NCBI GenBank assembly: GCA_963663895.2
Contig: CAXXRD010000001.1
Coordinates: 576,001 to 640,000, forward strand
Length of the DNA stretch: 64,000 bases
Source of the DNA: Dehalococcoidia bacterium
Lineage (GTDB): Bacteria > Chloroflexota > Dehalococcoidia > Bin125
Direction of reading: 5' to 3'
This document shows positions 8,703 to 18,799 of this stretch, in pieces. The notes beneath the pieces were generated by a model that did not search any database, was not told the DNA's origin, and was given only the letters and a program-made list of their open reading frames with translations. Every line of letters starts with the position of its first letter. The first letter of the stretch is position 1. The position numbers and the translations under genes are program-made.

Positions 8703-9960
8703 AGTGCTCCTGCAGATATATCCGATGATCCCGGCGGCGGACGAAGACGAGAGGCGCGCGCAGCGGCCGATCGGTCGTGATGTCGAGCGCTATCACGCGG
8801 TCATCAAGGAATGCGACGAGTTGGTCAAGGCCTGCGACGCGCTTGGCCTGTGGGGCGTCTCGACGATCGAGCACCACTTCCACTCGGAGGGCTACGAACT
8901 GGGTCCCAATCCCGGCATGCTGACGATGCGTTGGGGCACCATCACGAAGAACCTGCGCGTGGGCGCGCTGGGCTACGTGATGAGCGCGCAGCACCCGATC
9001 CGGGTCGCGGAAGAGATCGCGATCTTGGACCACCTCACCGACGGTCGCTGCTTCGCGGGCTTCGCACGTGGTTACCAGGATCGCTGGACGAACATCATCG
9101 GACAGCACCTGGGCACACGGGCGACGCATTCGGACGGCGGCCCCGACGACCAGATCAATCGCGATATCTTTGAGGAGCAGGTACAGATGGTGCTCGATGC
9201 CTGGACGCAGGAGAGCGTCGAGCAGAACACGCCGCTTTGGCAGATCCCCTACCCCTACGACGAGGGGATCAGTTGGTGGATGGCCGACGCTACCAAGCGG
9301 CTCGGCGCACCCGGCGAGATCGGGGACGACGGCCGGGTCCACCGGGTGAGTGTGGTGCCGGCGCCCTACACGAAGCCCTACCCGCCGGTCTTCGTCGCCA
9401 GCAGCGGCTCCGTGCCGACGATCGAGTATTGCGGCCGGATGGGCTTCATCCCTACCTACTTCACGAACGTCGAAAAGGGGGCGGAGATGGGGATGATGTA
9501 CCTCAACGCCGCCCGGTCGGCGGGGCACGATATCGCCTTCGGGGAGCGGCAGGCGACCACCCGCTGGCTGCAGCTCGGCGACACGCACGAGGAGGCGGTC
9601 TCAGCCGCCGCCTCTTACGATGCCGAGATCCAGCGCAACTTCTACAACCTGTTGGCGCTGGCGGCGCGCCGCCAAGTGCAGGCGCTGCCACAGGACACCA
9701 GCATCCATACCTTCACGGAGGTGGTAGAGCAATCGGAGCAGCACTGCGTGGGCACGGTCGACGAGGTGCGTGAAAAGATGGTCCGCCAGTGGCAGGAGCT
9801 CCCGGCGGAGTACTGCGTGCTGATCTTGCACTATGCCCAGCAGCCGCTCGACAGCTGCATCTGGAACCTCGACACGTTCATGCGGGAGATCAAACCGGCC
9901 TTGGACGAGATCACGGCCGCGGCGCGTCTGCCCGGCTCCACGCCGGTGGCCGACCACTGA
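8695..9960 (+). CDS. LLM class flavin-dependent oxidoreductase (luciferase-like)
   Basis: EHHF, HPIRVAEEIAILDHLTDGR..GFARGYQ motifs; overlaps the AOR stop codon. Confidence 0.92.
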   Translation: MVKVLLQIYPMIPAADEDERRAQRPIGRDVERYHAVIKECDELVKACDALGLWGVSTIEHHFHSEGYELGPNPGMLTMRWGTITKNLRVGALGYVMSAQHPIRVAEEIAILDHLTDGRCFAGFARGYQDRWTNIIGQHLGTRATHSDGGPDDQINRDIFEEQVQMVLDAWTQESVEQNTPLWQIPYPYDEGISWWMADATKRLGAPGEIGDDGRVHRVSVVPAPYTKPYPPVFVASSGSVPTIEYCGRMGFIPTYFTNVEKGAEMGMMYLNAARSAGHDIAFGERQATTRWLQLGDTHEEAVSAAASYDAEIQRNFYNLLALAARRQVQALPQDTSIHTFTEVVEQSEQHCVGTVDEVREKMVRQWQELPAEYCVLILHYAQQPLDSCIWNLDTFMREIKPALDEITAAARLPGSTPVADH

Positions 9961-10029
9961 CGATCGCGGCAGAACCAAGGCAGGCCGCGGCAGGCGGCGC
10001 CGTACGCGGCCTGCGGCCGGGCAGGCGGA

Positions 10030-11529
10030 TCAAGCAGAAGACTCGGCGTTCACCCTGTCGAAAAGATGCACGACCTCGCGAGACGGCTTCGGCGTGAGAA
10101 GGGAGATCACCACGGCCACGAACATGGCGATCAAGAAGCCCGGCGTGGCAGGCTGGATATCCCACATTCCCGAGGGTCCACCGTCCAGAAATCCCCAGAC
10201 CGAAGCGACCGCCGTGCCCGCCAGGATGGACGCGGCCGCTCCCCAGAAGTTGAACCGGCGCCAGAACAGCGCCAGGATCGTGACCGGCCCGAAGGCCGCA
10301 CCCATTCCGCCCCATGCGTAGCTGACCAATTCGAAGATGGATTCTGGGTAGACGATGGCGACCACCGCCGAAATGCCGCCGATGATCACCAGCAGCAGGC
10401 GGCCCAACCACACGCGCGCGTTCGCTGTGATCGCATAGGCAACGCGCTTGATGAACGGCAGGTCGTCGGTGGCGACGGCCGATGCCAGAAGCAACTGCGA
10501 ATCCGCCGTGCTCATCACGGCCGCGATCACCGCCGTCAGAAGCAGCCCCGTCACAACGGGATGGAAGAACGTCTCGGACACCACCAGATACACGCGCTCG
10601 GTGTCCGCGACCTCCGGCAGCAGGCCTGCGTCGGAGAGAGCGGGATAGGCAAGGATCCCGAGCAGCAACGCAAGCGCGTAAACGGCCACCACCCAGATCG
10701 TGGAGATGTTGCGGCTCCTGACAACCCTGTCTTCCCGCTCCAATGCCATGAAGCGCTGCAGGATCCGTTGGGCTCCGAAGGCGCCAAAAGCCCACCCTGC
10801 TGCCGAGAGAGCGAAGATGAAGTCGACCGTCCCGCCGTCGCCATGCGTCAACGGATTCAGAAAACCGGGGGAAGAGCCTCCCACTCCTGCAAACGGACTC
10901 TCCGACGAAGCGATCAACGTAGCCGTGATCACCAAAAGGCTGACCAGCATTAATATTGCCTGGGCCACGTCCGTCCTGGATACCGCCAAGAATCCGCCAA
11001 TTAATGTGTAGGACGCTACGGCGACAAGGGTCAGCAAGATGCCCGTCGTCGCTTCAATCCCAAAGAGCGTTTCCAGAAGCTTCGAGCCGCCAACCAGACC
11101 GGAGCTCACATAGAAAATGACAAAGAAAATCGTAATGATCGAAGTGAGCGTCCGTAAGATCCCAGTCGTATCTCCAAACCGAACCTCGAAAAACTCCGGA
11201 ATAGTCAGGGCATTGTTCGCTTCGATAGTGTACCGGCGCAACTTCTTGGCGAGGACCGTCCAGCTCAGCCAGATACCGACCGCCGCGCCTGCGGGGACCC
11301 ACATCTCCACGGCGCCGTGACTGAAGGCCAGAGCGGGGAGGGCCAGCATCGTCCAAGCGCTCGTCGTCGACGATCCGGCGCTGAGCGCCGCCGTGAAACT
11401 GCCCAACCGCCTGCCGGCCAGCGCATAGTCCGACATGCTCCGTATCTTGCGGGCCTTCACCAATGCGATGCCGATCAACATCACAAAGTAGAGGCAGAAA
11501 ACAACGATGACCCACGTGCTAGACATCAC
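10030..11529 (-). CDS. putP: Sodium/proline symporter (SSS family)
   Basis: DYALAGRRLG..ALSAG, TIPEFFEVRFGD, QRFMA, AAVMSTADSQLL, VSYAWGGMGAAFGP. Confidence 0.88.
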   Translation of the reverse strand: MMSSTWVIVVFCLYFVMLIGIALVKARKIRSMSDYALAGRRLGSFTAALSAGSSTTSAWTMLALPALAFSHGAVEMWVPAGAAVGIWLSWTVLAKKLRRYTIEANNALTIPEFFEVRFGDTTGILRTLTSIITIFFVIFYVSSGLVGGSKLLETLFGIEATTGILLTLVAVASYTLIGGFLAVSRTDVAQAILMLVSLLVITATLIASSESPFAGVGGSSPGFLNPLTHGDGGTVDFIFALSAAGWAFGAFGAQRILQRFMALEREDRVVRSRNISTIWVVAVYALALLLGILAYPALSDAGLLPEVADTERVYLVVSETFFHPVVTGLLLTAVIAAVMSTADSQLLLASAVATDDLPFIKRVAYAITANARVWLGRLLLVIIGGISAVVAIVYPESIFELVSYAWGGMGAAFGPVTILALFWRRFNFWGAAASILAGTAVASVWGFLDGGPSGMWDIQPATPGFLIAMFVAVVISLLTPKPSREVVHLFDRVNAESSA

Positions 11530-11589
11530 AATTCCGGTTTCTAGCGTATAAGTACAACATCTGAAGCCGTCGCCCGCGTGAGAATGATT

Positions 11590-12507
11590 TCAAATCAGCT
11601 GTCGGCGCTCAAGAAAATCGATGGTCAACGCGACACACTGCTCCGGCTTTTCCAACTGCAGAAAATGCGTGGCCTCGGGCAGAAAATCGTAGTCGAGATC
11701 GGTGAGGGTACCGAGGTCCACGCTTGGTAGAAACGCATGTGGCTCCGTCGGATCGGCGCCAATGGCCTTGACCGGACAGCGCACATTGCCCAGATCCAGC
11801 TGGAGCACCCAACCGAAAAAGAACTGCGCGACCTGTGCCTCGTACTCCCTGGGGCAACGAAGCGCATAGCCCTCCCCGTCCGGGACGGGGCGCAAGGTCG
11901 TCTCCGCCATGAGATCCACAACGCCCGGAAGCAACCGCTTGAAAGCAGGCGCGTCGCGGTAACGGTTTACGAACTCTTCCCGGTTTTCAAACCAAGTGCG
12001 GCGCCGCTTGATTACGTCGTGCATCTGGTGGCTCACTTGGTACATATCCTCCAGCAAGACGCTGGGGGTGCAGATCGCCGGATCGAAGAGGACGAGAGCA
12101 GAAAAAATATTCTCTGCCGAGGCTCCGCTCCATCCTTGCGCGTAGAGCAGGGCGGGCAGCGTCGACATGGAATGGAACACTCCTACCGCAGGCTTCTCCC
12201 CAAAGTTCCGGCGAATAGCCCGGACGACGCCTTCGCAGTCTTGCGCAAAGCTAGGAATGTGATGACTTCGTTGGTCGCCAACTGGGTTCCAGCCGTGGTT
12301 CCGAATGTCGTAGATGAACAGATCGAACCTCGCCGCCAATAGGGACCAGTACGGATAGTAGGTATCAGCGGATAACCCGTTGCCGTGACTCAATATCATC
12401 CGCGGACCGTCGGGGGTTCCGTGCCGCCGCACGTATACGCGCGCACCGTCGGCCATCTTCACTTCAAGAACCGCCAGCGCCTCCGGCAGCGTCCAGCGAT
12501 TAGTCAT
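11590..12507 (-). CDS. Alpha/beta fold hydrolase
   Basis: LSHGNG, YDIRNHG, GVFHSMS, THFLQLEKP. Confidence 0.85.
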   Translation of the reverse strand: MTNRWTLPEALAVLEVKMADGARVYVRRHGTPDGPRMILSHGNGLSADTYYPYWSLLAARFDLFIYDIRNHGWNPVGDQRSHHIPSFAQDCEGVVRAIRRNFGEKPAVGVFHSMSTLPALLYAQGWSGASAENIFSALVLFDPAICTPSVLLEDMYQVSHQMHDVIKRRRTWFENREEFVNRYRDAPAFKRLLPGVVDLMAETTLRPVPDGEGYALRCPREYEAQVAQFFFGWVLQLDLGNVRCPVKAIGADPTEPHAFLPSVDLGTLTDLDYDFLPEATHFLQLEKPEQCVALTIDFLERRQLI

Positions 12508-12519
12508 CGATCGAGCGGG

Positions 12520-12801
12520 TCAGGAAAGCCATGGGGGATTATATACGTGAGTATTCACACTGGAAGGCCACCAGGGGCAGTTCCAGCTCTTCGCAGATGC
12601 GGAAGGCGACATCGTAGGAGGAGCAGAAGAGGTCCGCCTCCGTATCAATGGAAATCCGTCCACCGTGTCACCAGCGAGGCGTCCACCCACACGGTCGCCG
12701 GCCTCGAGCAGGATCAGGGAGAAGCCCTGCTCTTGGAGGGCGTAGGCGGCGCTCAGCCCGGCGGCTCCTCCGTCAACCACGACGACCCCTCTCTCACTCA
12801 C
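12520..12801 (-). pseudogene. Truncated, frameshifted FAD-dependent oxidoreductase (amine oxidase/protoporphyrinogen oxidase-like N-terminus)
   Basis: VVVVDGGAAGLSAA..LLEAGDRVGGR Rossmann start; after a frameshift near 12650 it continues IDTEADLFCSSYDVAFRICEEL and then stops. Confidence 0.75.
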
Positions 12802-13102
12802 GACGAGATCCTCTTACCCCTCTTGGGAACGACGGCGCACAACAGGTGTGACACCAGCCGAAGTGGGACGCTCGCGCCGTGGCGAACTTGCGATCGCATT
12901 CTTACGATCGCGTCAAAGTACTTCCCAAACGAGTGTAGGTGCCATACAGGGTTGGATGTCACGGCCCGATGATCAGAGCCTGGCGACCCCATACAGCAAC
13001 GAGTAGGCGCTGCTCCCGCAGGATGGAGATTGGATATCCGCCAACAAGGGGCATGTAGTGCCGGACCGCATCCGATAGCCGGTCGCCAGGAACGGCCGCG
13101 CC

Positions 13103-13684
13103 TCAGCCAACCGCGGTGGCCAGCTCAAGGAGCTTTCTTACCGTTCTCCAGTTTCGAGCCGTGCCGGTAGTCGAGAGGCTGGAGTCGAAGTAGCTGTTCG
13201 TGAGCTTGCTGCGGGCAACCCCGTTCGGACAGTGGAGAAAGACCTCGCGACCCAATACCACGAACTCGTCGCCTGGTGAGCGATTCGGGTCCAATACTTC
13301 AACGTGCGCAGGGTCGGGTAGGTCTGCCAGGAAGAGGACAAGCAGCTTGCCCGCTTCGGCTCCAGCTTCCGCGAAGGGGTTAGCCTGCACGATCTCCTGG
13401 AGTTCCCGGGCTGTGCGGGTGACCACTGGAACACGATAGCCGAAGCGACTCAAGATCGACGTACTGATCAGAGATGGGATATCTTCTGCCAAAGCTGGTT
13501 CTGCACGAAAGAGCACGTTCCCACTCTGGATGTAGGTCTGAACGTCGTCGCACCCCGCGTCCCGGAACATTGCGGCGAGATCCTTCATCGGCAGTTTGTT
13601 CTTCCCACCGACGTTGATCCCGCGAAGCAATGCGACGTTTGCGCCTGTCGCGCTGCGCACGCTGTCAACGGACATGTTGGGCAT
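13103..13684 (-). CDS. DUF1697 domain-containing protein
   Basis: ALLRGINVGGKNKLPM..TYIQSGNV..TARNWRTVRKL signature. Confidence 0.92.
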   Translation of the reverse strand: MPNMSVDSVRSATGANVALLRGINVGGKNKLPMKDLAAMFRDAGCDDVQTYIQSGNVLFRAEPALAEDIPSLISTSILSRFGYRVPVVTRTARELQEIVQANPFAEAGAEAGKLLVLFLADLPDPAHVEVLDPNRSPGDEFVVLGREVFLHCPNGVARSKLTNSYFDSSLSTTGTARNWRTVRKLLELATAVG

Positions 13685-14200
13685 GTTCCTTCCCGGTTCC
13701 GGAGACCCCTCGACTACTCCGGCGCGTCCTCGCCAGCGAGTAGCCGTTCCGTGGACGTGAAGGGGACGGCGGCCAGGCACATGGCGTCGGGATGGCATTC
13801 TAACCAGACGCTTGAGTCGTGCGGAAAGAGTATGGGCGTAGGGCGCACGCAGCCAAATTCCTCGGGGGCAGGATAGCTTAGTGGGCTGCTGTGCTATGAG
13901 CGGCGAAGAGGTTTCGGCGTCCCATTCGGTTACTGGTCCCACGTTGGGGCCATCTGCAGCCGACCTGATCAGGAAGAGGCAACAGGAGGCGCTTGGACTC
14001 AATCTGGCAGGCTTCAGAACACGACGGGCCACGTGAAAGTTCGGAGTACAGTACGCGAGGTCCGACTAGGATCGTCACGAGGACTGCACCTCCGCAGCGA
14101 GCGGAAACGGATTGCTTCGGTCCGATCCCAGGCACTGCCGCAGCAGTAACGGGCTCCCCTTCAATCCTCTCCACCGCATCCCTGCCGGCAGGCGGAGGCT

Positions 14201-14815
14201 CTAGTTTCTCGCTTGCGCCGCGAGCGCGCGGAGAAGGGCGAGGAACTCTTCGGCTGTCGAGAGGGGGACGCGTACGCCGTTCACCAGCACGAAGGGGGTC
14301 GAAGCGATGCCCAAGCGGCGCGCCTCCTCGACCCCCGCCATCAGGGCATCCTGATGGGTCCGCGAGTCCAGGCAGTCCGAGAACCGATCCAGGTCCAAGC
14401 CGGCGGCTCGCGCAGCGCCGTCCAGCTCCGCGCTCGACAGCCCCTGCGCCTGCCGCTCGAAGAGCGCATCGTGGTACGGGAAGAAGGCGTCTTGATCGGC
14501 CGCGCACTCGGCGGCGAGCGCCGCCGCCTCGCTCGCCGGGCCCAGGTGCGGGAAATGCCGGAAGGTGAAGCGGGCGATCCCCGTCTGCACGAACTCATCC
14601 TCAAAGGGCGGCTCAAACTGAGTCGCGAACACCCGGCAGCCGGGTCACTGGAAATCGCCCCAGTGCACCACGTGGAGCGGCGCCTCCGCGAACCCGAGCG
14701 TGTTGCGCTCGGTTGGGATAGCGGCCGGCGCCTCGCTCTCGGTCCCGCCATTGCATGCCGCCGCCAGCAGGCAGGCCAGCAGCAGCGCCCCCAAAGCCAG
14801 CCGTCGTCGCCCCAC
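14201..14815 (-). CDS. DsbA/thioredoxin-fold lipoprotein, probable selenoprotein (UxxC; Sec at TGA 14645-14647)
   Basis: GGGAGG RBS then GTG; MGRRRLALGALLLACLLAAAC lipobox; LGFAEAPLHVVHWGDFQ-TGA-PGC; FRHFP, AAECAADQ and GIASTPFVLVNG (cis-Pro loop) in the same frame; 204 aa with readthrough. Confidence 0.85.
14608..14644 (-). promoter_or_regulatory. Candidate bacterial SECIS element
   Basis: Directly 3' of the UGA: CCCGG-CUG-CCGGG hairpin, then GCG-A-CUCA-GUU-UGAG-C-CGC stem-loop whose apical loop starts with G 26 nt after the UGA. Confidence 0.55.
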
Positions 14816-14945
14816 CGTTTCCTCCCGCTCACCCGCACCCTACCATCACCACCGCGGCCGCCGCCTCGATCGGCGGCCGGCGCGCCGGCGGACGCTGCTA
14901 GCATCAGGGCCTGAAGGCAGCGCCAGCAGGCAGAACGGTCGGAAG

Positions 14946-15893
14946 ATGGACGCGCCGTCCCTGTCCCAGACCTACCGCGCAATCTTGACGATCCGGCGCT
15001 TCGAGGAGCGTCTGCTCTCCCTTCACCACGAGGGCCTGATTCAGGGCTCGATGCACCTGTGCAACGGCCAAGAGGCTATCCCCGTGGGCGCCTGCCGTGA
15101 GTTGCGCGCCGACGACGCCCTGACCGCGACATACCGCGGGCACGGCTGGGCGATCGCGCGCGGCCTGCCTCTGCCCGATCTGTTCGCCGAGCTCATGGGC
15201 CGGGCTTCCCCGCTGTGCGGCGGCCGGGGCGGCTCCGCCTATCTGTGCGGCGCGCCGTACGGTTTCCTGGGCGAAAACTCGATCGTCGGCGCCGGCGTGC
15301 CCATCGCCGTCGGCGCCGCCCTGGCGGCACGGCGCGACGGCGACGGCGCGGTCAGCCTCGTCTCGATCGGCGACGGCGCCCTCAACCAAGGGGCGGTCGG
15401 CGAAGCCCTCAACTTCGCCGCCGTGCTAGCGCTGCCGCTCGTCGTCGTGGTCGAGAACAACGTCTACTCGGAGATGACCCCGATTAAGGAGATGGTCGCG
15501 ATCGACCCACTGGCGCAGCGGGCGGCCGGGTTCGGCATTCCCAGCGTCACCGTGGACGGCAACGACGCGGCCGTCGTCCAAGCCGCCGTGGCCGAGGCCG
15601 TGGCGCGAGCCCGGAGCGGCGAGGGGCCGACCTTGGTGGAAGCGATGACCGAGCGCCTCGTCGGGCACTACACCGGCGACGCGCAGCAGTACCGGCCCGC
15701 CGGGGAGGTGGAAGCAGCCAAGACCCGCGAGCCGTTGACCCGGCTGCGGGCGGCGGCGGGGCAGGAGCTCGGCACGGAGCTGGCGGCCGTTGACGAGGAG
15801 GTGGAGGCGGCGATCGAAGGCGCCGTCCAAGAGGCGATGCGCTACCCTCGCCCCGACCCCGCCGGGGCCGCTCTGGGCGTCTATGTCGACTAA
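14946..15893 (+). CDS. TPP-dependent dehydrogenase E1 alpha subunit (acetoin/pyruvate DH-like)
   Basis: GSMHLCNGQEA, YRGHG, GDGA..ENN TPP-binding motif, RLVGHY. Confidence 0.93.
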   Translation: MDAPSLSQTYRAILTIRRFEERLLSLHHEGLIQGSMHLCNGQEAIPVGACRELRADDALTATYRGHGWAIARGLPLPDLFAELMGRASPLCGGRGGSAYLCGAPYGFLGENSIVGAGVPIAVGAALAARRDGDGAVSLVSIGDGALNQGAVGEALNFAAVLALPLVVVVENNVYSEMTPIKEMVAIDPLAQRAAGFGIPSVTVDGNDAAVVQAAVAEAVARARSGEGPTLVEAMTERLVGHYTGDAQQYRPAGEVEAAKTREPLTRLRAAAGQELGTELAAVDEEVEAAIEGAVQEAMRYPRPDPAGAALGVYVD

Positions 15894-16884
15894 CGCCGCC
15901 ACCGGGGAGATCACCTACATCCGCGCCGTCAACGAGGGGCTACGGTGGGCGCTGCGCGAGTATCCCAAGGCCCTCATCCTCGGGGAGGACGTCGCCCTTC
16001 CCAACGGTCCCTTCGGCGCCACGCGCGGCCTGCACGGCGAGTTCGGCGACCGCGTCATCGATACGCCGATCACGGAATCGGCCTTCGTGGGGGCCGCCAT
16101 CGGTGCCGCCATGCGCGGCTACCGGCCGATCGTCGAGATCATGTTCATGGACTTCACGCAGGTGGCGATGGACCAACTCGTGAATCAGCTCCCCAACATC
16201 CACTACGTCTCCAACGGCGGCTTCCGCGTGCCGCTCACGATTCGCACGCAGCAAGGGCGCACGCCGGGATCCTGCGCGCAGCATTCCCAGAGCCTCGAAG
16301 CGGTGTTCGCGCACGTTCCCGGGATCCGCGTCGGCCTGCCCTCCAACCCGCAGGACGCCTACGACATGCTGCGCAGCGCCATCGCCTCCGACGATCCCGC
16401 CATGATTATCGAGAGCCGCGCCCTCTACGCCAGCAGGGGACCGGTCGATCTGGAGCGGCCGCTCGCCCCCATCGGCGGCGCGCAGTTGCGGCGGCCCGGC
16501 GAAGACGTGACCATCGTGAGTTGGTCGCGGATGGTCGGCGAAGCGGAGGCGGCGGCCCAACGCCTGGAGGCCGAGGGCATCAGCGCCGCCGTGATCGACT
16601 TGCGCTGGGTTTCGCCCGTCGATCACGACACGATCGCCGCGTCGCTCGAACGGACCGGACGGCTGGTGATCGCGCACGAGGCGAACCGCACCGCCGGCTT
16701 CGGCGCCGAGCTGGCCGCGTGGGCCACGGAGGAGCGCTTCTGGGACCTCGACGGCCCGGTGGCCCGCGTCGGCGCCCCGGACATCCGCATGCCCGCGGCC
16801 GCCACCTTGCAGGAGGCGCTGCTTCCGAGCGCGGAGTCCATCGCCGAGACGGTTCGGGCTACCCTGAACGCCGCACCGGCCTAG
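15883..16884 (+). CDS. TPP-dependent dehydrogenase E1 beta subunit
   Basis: GEDV, DTPITE, RPIVEIMFMDF, AQHSQS, VIDLRW. Confidence 0.93.
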   Translation: MSTNAATGEITYIRAVNEGLRWALREYPKALILGEDVALPNGPFGATRGLHGEFGDRVIDTPITESAFVGAAIGAAMRGYRPIVEIMFMDFTQVAMDQLVNQLPNIHYVSNGGFRVPLTIRTQQGRTPGSCAQHSQSLEAVFAHVPGIRVGLPSNPQDAYDMLRSAIASDDPAMIIESRALYASRGPVDLERPLAPIGGAQLRRPGEDVTIVSWSRMVGEAEAAAQRLEAEGISAAVIDLRWVSPVDHDTIAASLERTGRLVIAHEANRTAGFGAELAAWATEERFWDLDGPVARVGAPDIRMPAAATLQEALLPSAESIAETVRATLNAAPA

Positions 16885-16908
16885 CCCCGGACGACCGGAG
16901 GGCGCCCC

Positions 16909-17706
16909 GTGGAGCTGCAGCGCCTCAAAGGCAAGATCGCGTTGATCACCGGCGGCGGCAGCGGCTTCGGCCGCGCCACCGCCCTGCGCTTCGCCGCGGA
17001 GGGCGCCGCGCAGGTGTTCCTGGTCGACCTCAAGCAAGACCGGCTTGACCGCGTCGTCGGCGAACTGGCCGCAACGGACGCCCGGGCCACGGGACTGTGT
17101 GCCGACGTCGGCCTCAGCACCGACTGTCGGCGGGTCGTCGACACCGCGGTCGAGACGGCCGGCCGCCTCGACATTCTGGTCAGCAACGCCGCCGCCTGGA
17201 CCGAGGAGGCCTTCCTCGACATGCAGGAGGACTCGTGGAACCGCGTCATCGCGGTCAACCTCAGCGCCTCCTTCCTGCTCGGCCAGGCGGCCGGACGCGT
17301 GATGAAGGAGCAAGGCGGCGGCGTGATCGCCTACACCTCCTCGATCTCCTCCCTCGGCGCCTCCAAGCTGTTCGCGCACTACAGCGTCACCAAGGCGGGG
17401 ATCGTGAACCTCGTCCAGAACATGGCGATCGAGTTGGCGCCGTACAAGATCCGCGTCAACTGCGTCAGCCCGGGCCCGGCCAACACCCAGCAGTCACGCG
17501 ACATCGTGGGCGAGGAGTTGATGCAGGAGTTCCAGCACAGCTTCCCGCTCGTCCCGCTGCAGCAACGGCTGATCGAGCCGGAGGAGATCGCGGCGGCTTT
17601 CGCGTTCCTCGCGTCGGACGACGCGGCGATGATCACGGGCCAGAACGTAGTGGTGGACGGCGGACTCACCGCACACGCCTATTCCATCCCGGAGGGAAGC
17701 GCATGA
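16909..17706 (+). CDS. Short-chain dehydrogenase/reductase
   Basis: TGGGSGFG, SNAA, YSVTK, VVDGG. Confidence 0.93.
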   Translation: MELQRLKGKIALITGGGSGFGRATALRFAAEGAAQVFLVDLKQDRLDRVVGELAATDARATGLCADVGLSTDCRRVVDTAVETAGRLDILVSNAAAWTEEAFLDMQEDSWNRVIAVNLSASFLLGQAAGRVMKEQGGGVIAYTSSISSLGASKLFAHYSVTKAGIVNLVQNMAIELAPYKIRVNCVSPGPANTQQSRDIVGEELMQEFQHSFPLVPLQQRLIEPEEIAAAFAFLASDDAAMITGQNVVVDGGLTAHAYSIPEGSA

Positions 17707-18446
17707 AGATCCTACCGGACGTCTACATCGTTGGAGGCGGCGATTACGCCTTCAATCTCTCGAACCGTCTCGACTGTCACGTCTACCTAATCGACGGCGG
17801 CGACGAGATGGCGCTGATCGACACCGGCTTCGACGGGCCGGAGGAGATCCTGCAGAACATCAAGGACGACGGCATCGACCCGGGCCGCATCTCCACGATC
17901 TTCTCCACGCACTACCACGCCGATCACACGGGCGCCCTCGCCCGCGTCAAGCGAATGCTCGGCAACATCCCGGTCATCACCGGCGCGGAGGCGGCGCCGA
18001 CCATCCGCGCCGGCGACGCCGATCAGATCGGACTGACCTGGGCCCAATCCTTCAACTTCTATCCGCCGGAGTTCCGCTGGGAGGGCTGCGACGTCGAGGA
18101 CGAGATGACGGACGGCAAGCGCTTCCAGATCGGCAATATCGAGCTGGAGGCGATCGCCACGCCGGGCCACTGCATGGGCCACTACTGCATCCTCTCCCAC
18201 AACAGCGCGCGCGCCTGCCTCTTCAGCAGCGACCACATCTTCTGGGGGGGGCGCATCATCTTGCAGAACGTGCAGGACTCCAGCGTGCAAGAGTACGCCG
18301 ATTCCATGAATAAGCTGCTGGACTACGAGTTCGAAGCGCTGCTCCCGGGCCACCTGACACCGTCGCTGCGGAACGGGAAGCGGCACGTGGTCGCCGCCGC
18401 CGATCAGTTCAACCGCATCGGTCTGCCGAAAGGGCTGCTCGACTAA
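17703..18446 (+). CDS. MBL-fold metallo-hydrolase
   Basis: LIDTG, THYHADH, TPGH, LPGH; ATGA overlap with the SDR. Confidence 0.9.
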   Translation: MKILPDVYIVGGGDYAFNLSNRLDCHVYLIDGGDEMALIDTGFDGPEEILQNIKDDGIDPGRISTIFSTHYHADHTGALARVKRMLGNIPVITGAEAAPTIRAGDADQIGLTWAQSFNFYPPEFRWEGCDVEDEMTDGKRFQIGNIELEAIATPGHCMGHYCILSHNSARACLFSSDHIFWGGRIILQNVQDSSVQEYADSMNKLLDYEFEALLPGHLTPSLRNGKRHVVAAADQFNRIGLPKGLLD

Positions 18447-18464
18447 CGGGCCGAACGGCTCGCC

Positions 18465-18788
18465 TCAGGCGGGATGCGGCGCCGGATCTTCCGCGAAGAA
18501 GCGCCGGACCGCCTCGGTATCCGCGAAGCGGGGCGTATCGGCACGGGCGGCTTGCCCCGCGGAACTTTGAAACGCGGTCAGGGCGGCCTCAACGGAGTCG
18601 AACCAAAGCTGGCCGATGCCGTCGTACACGGGTTCGTATCCCGGAGCGGAAAGCGTCGGCCCGAACTGATAGCGGCGCAGCCCCGGGAGTCGCCCGATGA
18701 GCGCCGCGTGGTCCTGCGTCCAGAGCCGGAGAAAGGTCTCGCGATCGAGATCGGCGCGACGCTTGACCAACACGATGTAGCGAACCAC
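18465..18788 (-). CDS. EthD family reductase (dimeric alpha-beta barrel)
   Basis: DHAAL..LPGLRRY..YDGIGQLWFDS..D.PRF. Confidence 0.85.
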   Translation of the reverse strand: MVRYIVLVKRRADLDRETFLRLWTQDHAALIGRLPGLRRYQFGPTLSAPGYEPVYDGIGQLWFDSVEAALTAFQSSAGQAARADTPRFADTEAVRRFFAEDPAPHPA

Positions 18789-18799
18789 TGCCGGCCTGA

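Noticed and set aside
11578-11595. Fur/Zur-like box (TGAGAATGATTTCAA) upstream of putP
   Set aside because: Weak symmetry, overlaps a stop codon, and no functional link to metal uptake
13795-13825. attC-like half site upstream of DUF1697 (minus strand GACTCAAGCGTCTGGTTAGAA)
   Set aside because: Core does not fully match GTTRRRY and no complementary partner arm was found
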